Origin: Neoechinorhynchus agilis
Taxonomy: Eukaryota; Animalia; Acanthocephala
Direction: 5' to 3'
Length of the DNA: 64,000 bases
Assembly: GCA_051530055.1 (NCBI GenBank)
Contig: CM121341.1
Span: forward strand, 16,842,784 to 16,906,783
Part shown: positions 11,251 to 24,775 of the stretch, in pieces
How positions within the stretch are numbered: position 1 is the stretch's first letter
How the letters are laid out: every line of letters begins with the position of its first letter
Notes under the pieces: model-generated
Told to the model about the DNA's origin: nothing
Database searches by the model: none
The model's input: the letters and a program-made list of their open reading frames with translations, nothing else
Translations under genes and position numbers: made by a program

Positions 11251-12987
11251 GGAAAAGAAATCTAGGATCGGACTTTCTCAAACTGTTGTCTTAGTGATGT
11301 GTTGTAATCGGCAGAGTACTCACGGGCAAGACCGGATTGTTTGCGCAAACGTCGTGGATCGGACGTGCGTGATGCCGGGAATCTACAATACTCAAGGAAC
11401 CTGAAACACGCATGCTCAAAGAAATCATGGAAACATGATAAATGTCTCAGATATAACGCTCTAAGGATCCCATGCACGAAAAACAATTGTTCAATTAGTG
11501 AGAACGTGTTCGTCGAGAATGTTTATTTTCTTAGAAGAAGATAAATGGTCTACTTAATAATGCTCAAAATTGACCGTTCTGATAAAATGATCTATTCAAC
11601 TTTCAGCTCCATCAACTTAGGGGAACTGACGCAATGCGCTGCGACAAACGTTCAATTAAGGTCGTAAAATGAATAGTATTAATTTGTACCGTAGATCAGT
11701 ATTGAAAAATAAAATCATTTTAATTGGAAAATAAGAAAATGTGATCGTTTTCAATTTTTTTATAGAGAAATTTTGCCAAAAAATTTCTGAATGAAGTTTG
11801 TTTTTTCGTCATAACGATTTTTAAAATTTCCTTTCAGGACCTCCTACACTGATGGAAATGTTCTCGAGTATCAAGCTATCAAAAAAGATAACTAATATAC
11901 GCGTTGCATATCGCCTAAAAGAACTTCTATAAGGACTGAATTACGCTTGTAAAAGCCTTGAGTTGCTAATGTCTTTTAAATCAACCGTGAAAACTCAACG
12001 AGGTTTACCTTTGTTGATAATGTGTTCGTGTTTTTGCTCAAGCTCAATGATAATTGTTAAATATTTTCTTAAATTGTTTATCCAATTCTTAATTTCATTT
12101 ATTTTCTCCAATCGACAAATAACAATGAATTATCTTTTCAACAAACGGGAATTATGTGATCTCTTTTTAAAAAACATAAACAAATAGCTTGAAAATATCA
12201 TTACAAAAGTATGTAATTCTTTATCACCGCTGTTATAAGGGCTTTTTAGATTTTTCTTAATTCGATGCTTAATAAGATTGATTCTAAACGTTCAATCTGT
12301 ACCCAAAGAAAAAGTAACTATTTCTCGGCGAACGAGACAGCTGATGGAAACGAATGTGATTCGCGCTCCTCAGCTGTCATACTAAATGCAGTCGCGGGTG
12401 GAAGTAATCGACTATTCTATTTGCGTTACACATTACCATTCAACATTCTGATGAAATTAAATCATAACTCAAAAATGGTACCGGTTCCATCAATTCACTA
12501 TGCTTCTTTATAATGACTTGTCGCAAAGACGGAAAATAATCGTCAAAAGAACGTTTAGTGCAGAATTCTACGAGTTTTGAAAGAAATGAGAATATTGCGG
12601 TTTATTGCCGAATACCGCATGACTCAGGTACAGTCGTAAAAAGTCATTTAGAGACATCATTAGAAGTGAAAGGTCAAAATTGAGTGAGAAAAAAGAAAAG
12701 AATGCGGTTTAGGTTCTTAAAAACAACTTTAAAAGTAAAGGATTTATGTTGCGGATAAAGCGCAATGAGTACTTACTTTCATTATAGGTTTTTATGAATG
12801 CCAGCGTAAAAAACAGTTCTATTCCATCCTCCATTTGAGTTACGACTAAACGTCTGGCAGTCTACCGCACAGACTCTTGGGAGCAATCTGACCAATAAGT
12901 ATTCGCAAAAGAAAATAAACGTATCAACAAAATTATTAACTACGAGATCTTGACTGTATTTATTAATAATCTAAGACTCCATTTAAC

Positions 12988-13206
12988 TCATGCTTTAATC
13001 CCGCGAAATCTCATCGAACGCCAGTTTTTTTGATCTTTGACATGAAGTCTTTCTTTAGATGATGAATTGCTTTCACTTGAACCAGAGCTATCATCCGCGC
13101 TATCGTCAGAATTACTCTGGCTTGAATCGTCTTTGAGTATCCACTTGGCGTTAAATGTTCCGACAAGAGCGAATACCAACAGTAGAGCGATTAGTTGCTT
13201 TTTCAT
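12988..13206 (-). CDS. Small secreted Ser/Asp-rich peptide (72 aa)
   Basis: MKKQLIALLLVFALVGTFNA signal peptide from the Met at 13206, then DDSSQSNSDDSADDSSGSSESNSSS and a basic tail. Confidence 0.65.
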   Translation of the reverse strand: MKKQLIALLLVFALVGTFNAKWILKDDSSQSNSDDSADDSSGSSESNSSSKERLHVKDQKNWRSMRFRGIKA

Positions 13207-15526
13207 TGTTATACGAAAGCTTCTAAAAGTTTCACTTATATACACGAGGGAAGTAGAAGTTGTTTTTTGTAAATGGATCGTTAGGCGATGAAATGGGTGC
13301 AAAAATATAGGTTTAATGGCCATGTTTCATTACTCACTTCTACAAGTCGGCAAAGAAACTAAGCAGTCTGATTCAGTTTACACATATTTGTTAGTGAGTA
13401 ATTCAAAGATCCGTCACCTCGATTGCTCAAGAACATCGAGCAGTTTCATTTGTCGCGCTTAATCTCAATTCCATAACGCCAATGCAAGAATAGGGATTCT
13501 ACAGAACTTTTGTCAGCCCTTAATAATGAAACGAGATCACAAAAGTGGCATTAATAACCCACTAGATGCGACAATAACTGTGACTATTATCTTAATTGCG
13601 TTGCTTGTTCTCTAAAATAATATGGAACGCAAATGTTCTACAAAAATGCTCGTAGATCGACGCAGTAAAATATCTGAACAGAAAATGATTTGTGATTGGA
13701 ATTTGTGACGACTTCGTAGTTGCGAAATCGACTTTAGGACCCAATCCTTTTTAATTCAAAAGGGGTGTAGGATATTTGGAAAAATTCTATTGCCGGATTT
13801 TACCTTATAGCGTGACCTCATATTCCGAAATATCAAATACAATTTTAATGAATATTTGATGGATGTTTTCTTTTATTAATTTACAACGATTACAATTTAT
13901 TCCTGTGAACTTCTTGGCGTTGCCAGTATACTGGCAGCGTTCCCTCGCTGTATCGCAATTGCGATTCGTTGAGCGTTCCCCCGTCATCCTTTTCGTCCTT
14001 CGTCCCAATCATCAAATTTACTTTATTGCTCCATTGAAGATTTCTCACGACTGTTGATTGCCTTCGTATAAAAATCGAACCAATGAAGTTTTTCTACAGG
14101 CGGTTTTTTCCTATGGCTTGGAGATCTAAATGACAATTCAGCATTTATTATGGATAGGTGAAAGTGCACATCTCGTTTATATTCATAGGTTTTTCAAAAA
14201 ATCATGTTTCCCACAAAAAGATTTGGTTTTAGTGGTATTCCAACAGCGGTTTTTATTGGATCCCGAGAAAATTTGTTGTGCGCATGATGCAATAATTATA
14301 TATTTCAAGATTTTTTATTGCATTAGCAACATGCACATAGTTAACAATGAATATTCTTCAAAGAATACAATAAGCTTTGTAGTACGTTTATCCAAGCAGA
14401 AGTGAGATTAAGTGTCGAATTGATCTTAAATGCTGTAAAAATTGAAGCTGTGTAAATGGATTAGGATTATTATATTCTATTCGTCTCGCATCGACTCTAA
14501 GTTCCGAAATTCGGCCACGTGCGAAGAAGCACAAAGACCAGCTTACAATTGTTTTCAATGATCTTTGCAAAATTGGTGGATTCAGAAAAGAGCTGCTGAA
14601 GAATCTGTGGTTTCAACTTCAAAGTCTAACAGAGTGAAATGGTGAGCAGAGGCATCACTTTGAAAAAAATATTTAGTTGACTCAGATATTTTATAGCGCT
14701 TTATTTGAGTCCTAAAGATTTTTAATGTTGCTTCAATCGGGATAAATTAAAAATCCTCTTAATCAATTACAAAACTTACATCAGTTTTCCAGCAAGTTAT
14801 ACATGAACGACTACCACCTAAGAAATAGGAAACGATTGTAAACTTTTCAATTTGCCAAACTTGTTTTCCAATCTCGAATCAAAATGCACAAAGCAAGATA
14901 TATCCAATTAAATTCAAAATATCAAAACTCGAGTATTTATATGAATATTAAAAATGTACATTAACGGTTGTAAAAATACAACGAAATGCTAACAACTAGA
15001 AAAAAGGTACATAACTCAGATTCAGTTTATAATCTATATTGTCAACATCCAGGATCAGTTTATTTAGTTGAACCGTCCAAGACCATCACATCTTTTTTTC
15101 AGCCACTAGACATCCTTGTGCAGAGTTAAGTTATGTACCCACTAGAATTTACCTTAGAGACCACTTCATGCCTTTGAATAGGTTCCAAGCGATATTTTGT
15201 TGTAGTAGCATTCAAAAAGTTTTGAATCTGCAGTGAAGATAATGGAACTAAAAGAACTCAATTTTTATGTTAAGAAACAATGCATTATATGTTTGATCTA
15301 ATTTTGGGTCCATCGAATGATAGTAGTTGTGATTTAAAGATGAGACTAAGAAATTTTCATCCACGTTGCCAGAATCATCGCATGTTTCGCTTGGTAGAAT
15401 ATACAATCGAGAATTCACAAATTGCCTAATAAATAGATAACGTTCGAATTCGTATAAAATACACATAGCATCTCAATAATCACTATTAATGAAATCGTTA
15501 AAATGTTCAATTCTTACAAACGCTTA

Positions 15527-18500
15527 TCATGCAACATCCTTTTTATCTTTTTTGGCTGCCTCGGCTAGATCCAAAAGCGGACCAAGAATGGCATCGATCA
15601 TCGATTCCGCCCTCCGATGTAGATCCTGATTTTGTGATCTCAATCTACACAGTTTTTGAACAACCTCACTTCTAGAAACGTACGGATCCTGCTCACTGAC
15701 CCGACCCCCTGCAGCATCAATCACAGTAGATAATGAGTTTCTAGCCCAGATTAGGGAGTCAAGGATATCGTCTGAGGGAGTTGATTTATAATCGTTTACA
15801 AGGTCATTAATACAGGCTTTAAGTTGAAGACTTAAAGGAGGAACATTTTCATCAGCTCTAGTCCACGTGGTCGAGCTTAACCGGTCGTCCTCACAATGAT
15901 TATTGTTTAGCAATGGGGAATGTAGCGCTTCTTTGTGTTGACATTGTTCTTGGTCGCTATAGTCGTCATAAAGAATAACTGTACTTTCCGGTTGTTCATC
16001 TCTGTTTAGTATGGGTGATCGATCTATTGGAGACCAACGTTTTCGCCGTGGACTTGTTCGTACATGAATTAAAGGAGCTGTTAACTCAGTATTTCTACGG
16101 GACGTCTCTGGTCGACATTCCTTTAACGACTTCAAGCTCTGGACCTTCCAGACCATCAGACAGCTATCAGCTGAGCAGGTAACCAAATATTCACCGCTTT
16201 CAATGAATCGCATATCTGTGACTGGATCCGAATGAGCACCGGATATAATTGAAAGCAAGGTGCGAGCATTTACAGACCGAGTCCATCTCCATATATACAC
16301 TCGTTTTCGTGAACAGGCAGTTGCTAGAACCGTAATGGACCGCTGTTTTTCATTGCTGCCGAGATCAAGAAGGTTCATCCTTACAAGACTGCCGTCAGTG
16401 CACGTGCATCCTTTGAACTGTTGTTGATGGGATACTCGATTGGGAGTAACATTCAAATGGTATATTCTAAAATAAAAACAATAAAGATAAACGAATTCAG
16501 TGGTCCAATTCAATAAATAGAAAAAAGAACTTATAAAACTTGAAATATTAAAAATTAGTTAGATTCGAGCGTCCGCAATCGATTACGGTATCCTTCACTG
16601 AGGTAAGCATTTAAAGTTTCAGTACTTTAATGCTGCAACGCTTATGTTCACAGTTTTCGAGATTGCGAATTAGTCCTTTAAAACTGATATTTCAAAATCG
16701 AGTATTTCATAAACAATAAGCAATCAACCGAGGCTGCTGAAAGTTCCTTTCTCAGAATATCAACTCACCTTACAAATCTATCCTGATATGCAGCCAAAAA
16801 CTGATCGGAAGCGCGATCAATCACAAGATCAGTCAATGACTGGCGCTCACACAATTGATAAAGTCGAGTAATTTTAAGTTCATCATCAGGAGTTGGTTCA
16901 AATGTACACTTTCGAACAACGATTGCTTTGTCCGCACCGCAAGACACAAGAATATACTCATTGAATTTTTTCGGATAATTGACTAGATGTACTGCTTGTA
17001 TAGACCCAGAATGGTCACTCACAGAACCTAAAGGTTCATACTTCTTTGACGAAGCATCCAATAAATGGATAATACGGTCTCGTCCACTAGAAGCTAATAT
17101 AACTCTATCGTCAGCGCTATATTTGTGACTGTAGGTAAGCGAAAGCACATCATTTTCGTGAGCCTCAAGGATGGCGATTTTTGTCGGGGGAATCTTAGTG
17201 CAATTAATGGGATCTTCACTGCTATAGATACTAATGTTGCCAGAGGAGTCGCCAACAGCCATATGTCCAAGGCTTTTACAGACGCAGAGTGAACGTACAG
17301 CAGCCGGATGTTCATGTGGAGTTTCATCTGGAACAATTATCCGTTGGCATTCTAGATTGCCTTCAGAACTAGTCCAAAATCGGATCGTACCATCCGAAGA
17401 CCCGGTCACAATATGTTCCGAAGAGGAGTCTTTGATTGTATCAATCGCCCAAACACAAGAGCAATGGCTAATCTGCTCACGAATCCGATGAAATTCCAAA
17501 CCGTTGCTACAATCCCAAGATATCCGACTGTGGTCATCGTAAATAACATGAAGGCGACGTCCGATGGAATTAAAAGCGAGTGCAGTAATTGCTGGGTACG
17601 TCGTTTGAGGAATGCCGTATTTTGTGTTGGGGAACGGAATGTTCGCAATGAACGTAAAGTCGTGATCGAATATGCGAGCAATTCCACTGGCACAACCAAT
17701 AATTATAAATGAGTCAGTTCCAACCATACAGTTTGCTTGGCTCGTTGTAACATCCACCCATCGTTGGACAACGCGATCTTCACTGTCGATTTCAATCAAA
17801 AGACCGGACTGTGTCAAAACTACAACGTGATCTTCAGATGAACCGTCCTCTCCCGTATGTTGGTAGCACAAAACATCCCGGAAAATGTTTTGCTTATGTT
17901 CACCAAGAATGCATGATCGGCCTTTGAGAGTGGATGCTCGAAATGGCTGCTGCGTATTTACCATACCCGCAGAGTTCGAAGACTTCATCTTAGACAAGTA
18001 CCAAAATTTAACATGTCTAATCCCAACAGTTACAAAATATGAGCTAGTTTCAGAGAACTGAACGCCATTAACCTAAATGATTCGAGTAATATTTCGTGGG
18101 GAAATATAAAGGGAGGTTCATGTAAAATATTGATTGCATCAATAAGTCTATCCGTGAACTAAATGTTATATAGTTGATCTACCTTATAAGATCTATTCTT
18201 GACAGCTTTATGAATTCCTATGCGTTATCAGACTTCTATCAGTGAATCATCCATCTTTAGCACTAACGGGAATTTCTGATTTGTAAAATGAAAGAAAGAA
18301 ATTAAAAGTAGTTTATAGGTAGAAGAAAGCACTAAATGCTAAGAATTAACCTGAAAATGATGATCTCATCGTTTGATGACCTTAAATATCCCTGTGCCTC
18401 ACAAATGTTTAACAATGTTTCATTGTAAAATTCAAGCCATTCATTGAAAGTGCTGAAATACGATATTTGTGAATATCATTGAAACAAAATCTAGCTTAAA

Positions 18501-19268
18501 TGTAGGTTCCCACTGTACAATTCAAAAGCAGTCAGCCCGTTTTGTAGGTAATTTGAAGTTTACCTCAGCGCAAACATTATTACTGGCGATTCGAGTTTTA
18601 CATTTCCAATTCCATACATTGACACCGGTATCATGAATACTGCCAATGGATACAATTATGTAGGGATTGACAGGTGACATTCTCTAATAAGGGAAAGTAA
18701 ATGTTATTGTTCAATGGTAGAATCACTTACGACGCAATCGATACTGTACCGATGACCTTGGAGCTCTGCGATTTGATTTTTTGAATTCAGATCGAATATT
18801 CTCACCTTTGGGTTGTGGCCACTCTACAAAAAAATTGAACTTTAAACAATTTAAACAAACAAACACACATTTTACCTCTCCAGTGGCTAAAAATCTACCG
18901 TCCGCTGAGCAACATAGCGACGATATATTGCGTTTATATGAGTTAAGAATAAAAGAAGTATTGTCCGAACATTCAGGTTCGACGACGATCGCCGATCCAG
19001 AAGCATGAGCAACATAGTTTCCATCAGAACAAGCCAGACATTTCATATTTGTAACTCCGGTGACACTGATAAGTTCTGGAGGCGATTTCTCGACAAATCC
19101 ACAATCCGTTGGCATTTTATTATGAGTTTTATTATTGCTTGACACAGTACTCAGTCCATTGGTTGAGGTCATGTGGCCAGCGCGGATTCTACGCCTCACT
19201 ACCCCGTTGGAATCAATCATTTCGACATTTGATGAAGATGGAAGCATGCGCTGAGATTGTGGAATCAT
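15527..19268 (-). CDS. WDR62: MAPKBP1/WDR62-family WD40 protein; exons 18876-19268, 18731-18823, 18564-18683, 16769-18072, 15527-16466
   Basis: Four GT-AG introns join LATGE|SGHNPKVRIFD, QGHRYSIDCV|RMSP, NNVCAE|VNGVQFSETSSYFVTVGIRHVKFWYL and YQDRFV|RIYH in frame; AHENDVLSLTYS, LASSGRDRIIH, HSDPVTDMRF, TCSADSCLMVW match the family; short helical C-terminal domain. Confidence 0.88.
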
Positions 19269-21989
19269 CTTCTATTTGATAAATGTCACGGTTATCGGTT
19301 CTGACGGAAAAGCTGGACACTGATAAGAGTGATAAGCGATGACAGGTGTAGAAAAGATCTTCAAAAGTAGAGAAAAAGGGGACAAAACATTTTGAACAAT
19401 TAACTTCGGGGTCAATGACACCATCACCCATCAGTGTGTTGTCAGTGAAGTCCTTAGCGAAGAATGTACAATTTTTGGTGCTGGGAACTAAAGGGAAAAG
19501 ACTAGACCGCATGTTTATATTGTCGCATCTCGAAAAGCTCAGGATGGCACCCGAGTCTGTAAGCACATAGTGGACTTTGTTATGGTCATCATCGTAGCCA
19601 TTTCCTCGTAGCTTCATTCTACACAATGCTCCAGGTTATAAGAGTATCTCTATGCACATCAACAGCGTCCGAGGTATGATATCAACGGCGGAGATTGCAG
19701 CGGGAGGCATTAATGTACGAGGCGAAGATTTGCTTCATTTTACGCTTTCAGCATTCTCGACATACGGTTATCAGGCCCAAGGTAGTCGATAATCTGGCTT
19801 AGACATCATCGAATTGACTGGGGTGTGTCCAAAAGCGGCCTTGGTAAATGACGAAAGTACACTTTGGTCCCAAAAATTCAGCGCAGACTTTCAAATATTG
19901 CGTTTCGGCACATCTCGAGGGTTCTAGTGGAACTTTAGAACAAGCTAATTTGAATTACTTGGTGTGTGTAAACTGTTGATGATTTATGGGCACAAAGGCG
20001 AGGCAATGGAGGCATTTTGAAAGGTCAAAGGATTTTGACCTGTTTCCGGCAGACTGATTAGCAAATGCCGCATTGTCAATCATCGGATTAATGATAGTTT
20101 TATTTTTGTTCGGCTGCCCAATGAGATTTCTAGATAAATGGACAAATAAAAGCGAATTTTCAAAAAAAAGCCTTATGGGAAAAATAAAAATCATTAAATC
20201 GATAATCAATTGTTTTTGTTTTGATATGGCGGAAAAATTGAAGTAATTTATTAGGTCCGATATTACAGCACAATCTGGTGCAGAACGTTGAGATTAAAAC
20301 TATAGAAATGGTCACTATAAGAGTTATCTAAACTTACAAACAACCTTGATAGAGGCACAAGATTATGCCTCTGAAATGTCGGACCAATAAATTCTTTTAA
20401 TTTTTCCTCCATAGCAAAATATGAATAATTCAATTTTCATACAATTACTTGTTTTCCAAAAATACACTACTAATTTCTCCACCGATTAAAAGGGAGATGA
20501 ACTATTCAAAGTGCGAAATTAGTTCGTAACCAGAGGAAATATTTGTTTTTTCGTTGACTCGATCGAGGATCTCCGTGTTCCTTTCCGTCTCAAAAAAATT
20601 CATTAACTTCTTTAGGTCCATGATGGTAATGTGAAGGCCGTGAAATGTGTTTCGCGCCCAAACGCGTGAGCGTCTAATTTGTACCAATTAGATTCCACGT
20701 TTCTCTTCGCTGAGAACGTGGGAGTGTTTTTAAGAAAGGTCACTTTGGTCGGAGAGTAAATGATAACGGTAAGAGTGAAAGTTATAAATATTCCTTAAAC
20801 TGAATTGTATTTTAAAATATCACAATTTCCACGGTATAACAAAAATTATAAAAAATTAACCAAAACGCGGAAAATTGCGCTTTTGAAGATTTCCAACATT
20901 TTATTTTGACTTACACGAGCATTTGTTTTGCTGCGTACCCTAATAAAATACCAACTCAACTCTATATGTTATTTTTACTTAGTCGAAGAAACTAAATCGA
21001 AAATAGTACCATTCTTGCATCAACTTCTGGTTGGGTTCGATGGCTCAAAATAGTACCATTGTCAAAAAAAGAGAAAATCAATATAATATTTGTTTAACAA
21101 CCACTTAAACCTAAAGACTTAAAACTAAATCCGTATGCATGCGGTTCAACGTCGCTCATATCGCAATGCGCAATACACAAACACACCGAATATTTCTATA
21201 ACAAACCTTGGCGAAGGGAGGCAACATCCACCCTCAGGTTCACGAGACTGTGTCTGTTCTAACAAAGAAGGAAACACAAAGATGTTAGAAAACTTTTGAT
21301 GGATCTCAAAATTGTCATAGTCGCCATTACTTCAGGTCAACTTTTTGGCGAAAAAGAGCTGACGGGAGCGCTTTTAAATTAATTTTCAGGTTCTTGGCCA
21401 ATTTAGACAAATTGTACAGTCCTCTGGTCCCATTAACAGTTGCGAAAAAAATGAACCTTGGGAACAGCTGAAAAATTCTTGACAGGGAAACGTCAGTCGA
21501 ATAAGTGAATCCGTGATCCATTGCATCAGGTGGATTTATGTAAGTTGGGACGAAACCGACATTTTCGTAATCCTTCTGGCTTTAGTTGGTATTCCATTTA
21601 TACAACCATTGATACGTTTAATGGCTCAGCTGCGCTAATGAAAGTCCCGATTTCGTCTGCTTAATACATCACCAAGTTTATGGATGGTCGATGCGTGACA
21701 TCCGTCGAAGCAATCGATTCGGGTTTCGCGTTTACTTAAAATTCGTTTTAATCGCATCCTGCCTAATATTGTTTTTAAAATCATACAACGTAGACATCAA
21801 ATTAAAGTATTACGTTGGTACCGCTTTCTAAAAGATATAAATTATCGATAATCTCCAGATTTTATACTCCTAGACCGAATAAATCTTCAAAAAGACTGCG
21901 TTCAATTTCAATAAAAAAATTGCTTGAAGACATTTCACTTCCAAATTGCTTTTCAATCTAAATTGTCATTAACTTATTAAAGTTCCGAT

Positions 21990-22480
21990 CCGAACGGAGG
22001 AACATCTTTGTCCTCTAATGTCTCGAGAATTCAGCATTCCCTTTCTGAATCGCGCTGCTCACTCTCCGAAAAAAATAATTGGCTGCATTTTGGCCCTTTG
22101 TTGTTCAGGCCAATTAATTTTCAACATTGTTTAAGAATTCTGCGGTGCTTTGTCCGACGACTCCAATTATCTCAATGGCGAGGGGTTGGAAAATGTAAAG
22201 CGACGGATCGAGGCATTTGTACTTCCTTTTTCGGTGGCCTTTTCGCTACTTCACCGGTTCATGGATCTGCAAGGGGCAAGTTGCTCTTAGCAATCGTATT
22301 CGGGAGGGTGTAGTCCCAAGGAGACGGCCTCTTTCCAACGGGAAAATTGCTTGCAGGATTTACACGGAACGTTAATTCTGTCCGTAAAGCTAACAATCTA
22401 CTGGGAAGATTCTCTTGCATAGATGTTAGTCTTCTAAAACCGAGAGTAATGAAATGGTTTTACAAAGACAAAACGTACGA
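21990..22480 (-). mobile_element. Decayed 3' fragment of a CRE-type non-LTR retrotransposon (restriction-like endonuclease region)
   Basis: Manual minus-strand translation gives KRP..PWDYTLPNTIA and KRKYKCLDPSLYIFQPLAIEIIG...RVSSAIQKGNA, with stops and frameshifts; same motif series as 55700-56500. Confidence 0.7.
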
Positions 22481-22980
22481 GTGCTGGCATGCACGGTCGT
22501 GCCGCATTTGCTGAAAATCGATACGGTAACTTTGCATAATGAAACCCGAGTTTATCCATGTTAAAGGAGTAGTAGATCAGAATTTTTATTTAAGACTGAC
22601 TGGTCAGTTTCATATATCCATAAGTAATCGATCGAGAAGTGCTATCCGATTTCAAGGATACAGTTTTAATTTTACCTTCTCCATAAATAAAATAGTGCTT
22701 TTACAATTAGACTTACGCGGAAAAGGTTTTGCGATTTGCTTACAACATAATAGATTCAAAATGATTTTCTTCATAAAAATCGGTTGGTGTTTCTGGTGAG
22801 AGTGCAATCGGTTTTAGAACTTTAAGATAGAGAACCCATTTGGCGATTATTACAAAACCCTTTCACATATTCGGCGATTATCAATCCTTGAGCATTGTTA
22901 CTCGTTTCTTTAATGTTCGCTTAGACATTGTTTTTTACTTTTATTATATACACTAGAAAATTAGTATTATAATCAGAGTT

Positions 22981-23110
22981 AATCATCGAGAGAAAATCCT
23001 TTTGGATGATAGACGGATAAAACTTATTTTATTAAAATGATATATATTCATGGGACGAGGCTTCCTCGCGAAATATTTCATCGGAATCATGATCACCGCA
23101 AGTACAAATG
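22981..23110. repeat. Dispersed degenerate repeat family B, copy 1
   Basis: atcatcgagagaaaatccttttggatgatag matches 51838 atcattgagagaaaatccttcgagatgttag; cttcctcgcgaaatatttca matches cttacctcgcaaaatatttca near 55239. Confidence 0.55.
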
Positions 23111-23438
23111 ATCAGAGTGGTTTATTTTGTCGTTCGCTAATAAGTTTGAAAATCTGCAAAGCGTTCATTTCTTGCTTTATCAAGATTCGCAGATGACTAA
23201 TATCTATAGTATGCATTAGACGATAAAGTGATTTATTAGTAAATCTGAAAGCGAACTAAATGGCAATGGTGATTATGTTCTTATTGATAGATGGGAAAAG
23301 CGATGGTTATCGGAAAAATAAGGTCACGTCTCGAAAAGCCCTGTTCCTTAAATTCTGCATTAATGTGTAAATCCTCTTAATTTTGAATGCATCCGAAGGA
23401 TTTCCAATCGCATCGTTTTAGATATTCATTTTTCGCCG

Positions 23439-24320
23439 ATGCAGCCATTTTTGGAGATTTTCCTTATGTGTTTGGCTATGTTCATAGGCTCGTATGTTTT
23501 CGGCCTGGCTCCTTTGGTATGCAATATAAGTGATCGATACATGAAGCGTTTGGTTTCGTTTGGAGCTGGGATGTTGCTTTCCACCGCAACTACAATTCTG
23601 ATCCCTGAAGCATTTATGAGCAATGTTCATTACCATTACAACGAATCGACGGAAAACCACGTAGAAATGAGTCATGCTTCCGGTTCCATTATAACGATCG
23701 GATTTTTACTCATGTTTTTGTTACTCCATGATTTCTTAGCGTAGCTTCTTTAGAAAAGAATCCATGGATTAGACCAAGCAAGCTATAGGTTAAGTACTGG
23801 TAATCGCAATAACTATTGGGTAAGTACACTCGGACTATGTTTGCATGCAGGATGTGATGGAATAGCAGTGGGTGCTGCTGCTTTAAGTTCAAGCACCACA
23901 TTCAAACTCACCGTTTTTCTTGCTATGGGGCTGCATAAAGCTCCAGTTGCATTTGGTTTATCTTCTATTCTTATTGAACACGGATTAAGTACCTTACAGA
24001 TTGCAAGGAAGTATCTACTGTTGTTCTCGCTAACATCACCCGTATTTGCGCTACTCACTTACATGATATTAGGGATAAGTGGATACGCATCTACTTCTTC
24101 GCTTGGTGGCGGATCCGCAACTGGAGCTCTGCTCATGTTGAGCGCTGGAACTTTTCTTTATATCGCCACTGTACATACTTTACCAGGGATTTTCCCTGAA
24201 GACGAAGACTCAGAATACTCAATCGATGACGAATTAAGAAAGGATCGTGGAAACTTGGTTGCCATATTCTTTGGATGTCTAGTTCCAATGGCGACCGCAC
24301 TCCTTCCACATTCCCATTAA
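23439..24320 (+). CDS. SLC39A9: ZIP9 (SLC39A9) zinc transporter, interrupted by a 48-nt insertion with two in-frame TAG stops
   Basis: MFIGSYVFGLAPL, GAGMLLSTATTILIPEA, STLGLCLHAGCDGIAVGAAA, VFLAMGLHKAPVAFGL, MLLSAGTFLYIATVHTLP; both ORFs are in the same frame. Confidence 0.92.
23720..23767 (+). other. Candidate non-canonical GT-GG hairpin intron in ZIP9
   Basis: Removal gives ...M-F-L-L-D-Q...; arms 23725-37 and 23756-68 pair at 11/13; TTA is repeated at 23721-23 and 23769-71. Confidence 0.7.
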
Positions 24321-24631
24321 CCAATTAATCATTATAAACTATTTTAACCGCATTAAAAATGGTTATTGTATTTTTTAGATGCTTGTGATTTTAGTCCAAA
24401 AAGTAAAGAGTTATCTCCGAATGTAAAATATCACACAATTTTTATAGAAACTTGGTCGAAAAATATCGAATTAAGTGAATTACATTGATGGCAAATGAAA
24501 TTTTTTACCGATGATAAATAGAGTTGAACATTGACGAATTTCTGTCATTTAGTAAGAAATGAATGTATTTTGGGAAATTCTTTACATACTATTCGCCCTA
24601 AGCATATAATTCTCAATTAGAATATTATAGT

Positions 24632-24775
24632 ATCTTTGTGTGGCCACACGGCTGATAATTTTCCTTGGGCACACAGCCAACCGATCTGGCTCAGAGAAGC
24701 CCATCTCTCCCAGAACCAGATCGATGGGATGTGTATACAAGGAAAATTATCAATTGTGTTGTTACACAAAGATAC
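24632..24775. mobile_element. Hairpin/MITE-like family A, copy 1
   Basis: Long imperfect inverted repeat (cacacggctgataattttccttg...caaggaaaattatcaattgtgt); same arm sequence at 44211-44391; 14-bp direct repeat tagaatattatagt at 24618-31 and 24808-21. Confidence 0.8.

Noticed and set aside
14130-14640. Fragmentary open frames
   Set aside because: Stops in all frames and no recognisable motif.
19213-20209. Coding-like stretch upstream of WDR62
   Set aside because: Could not assemble a consistent exon chain or recognise a family.
23741-23788. Canonical GT-AG reading of the ZIP9 interruption
   Set aside because: Kept only as an alternative: weak donor (GTAGCT), and it removes the conserved DQ.
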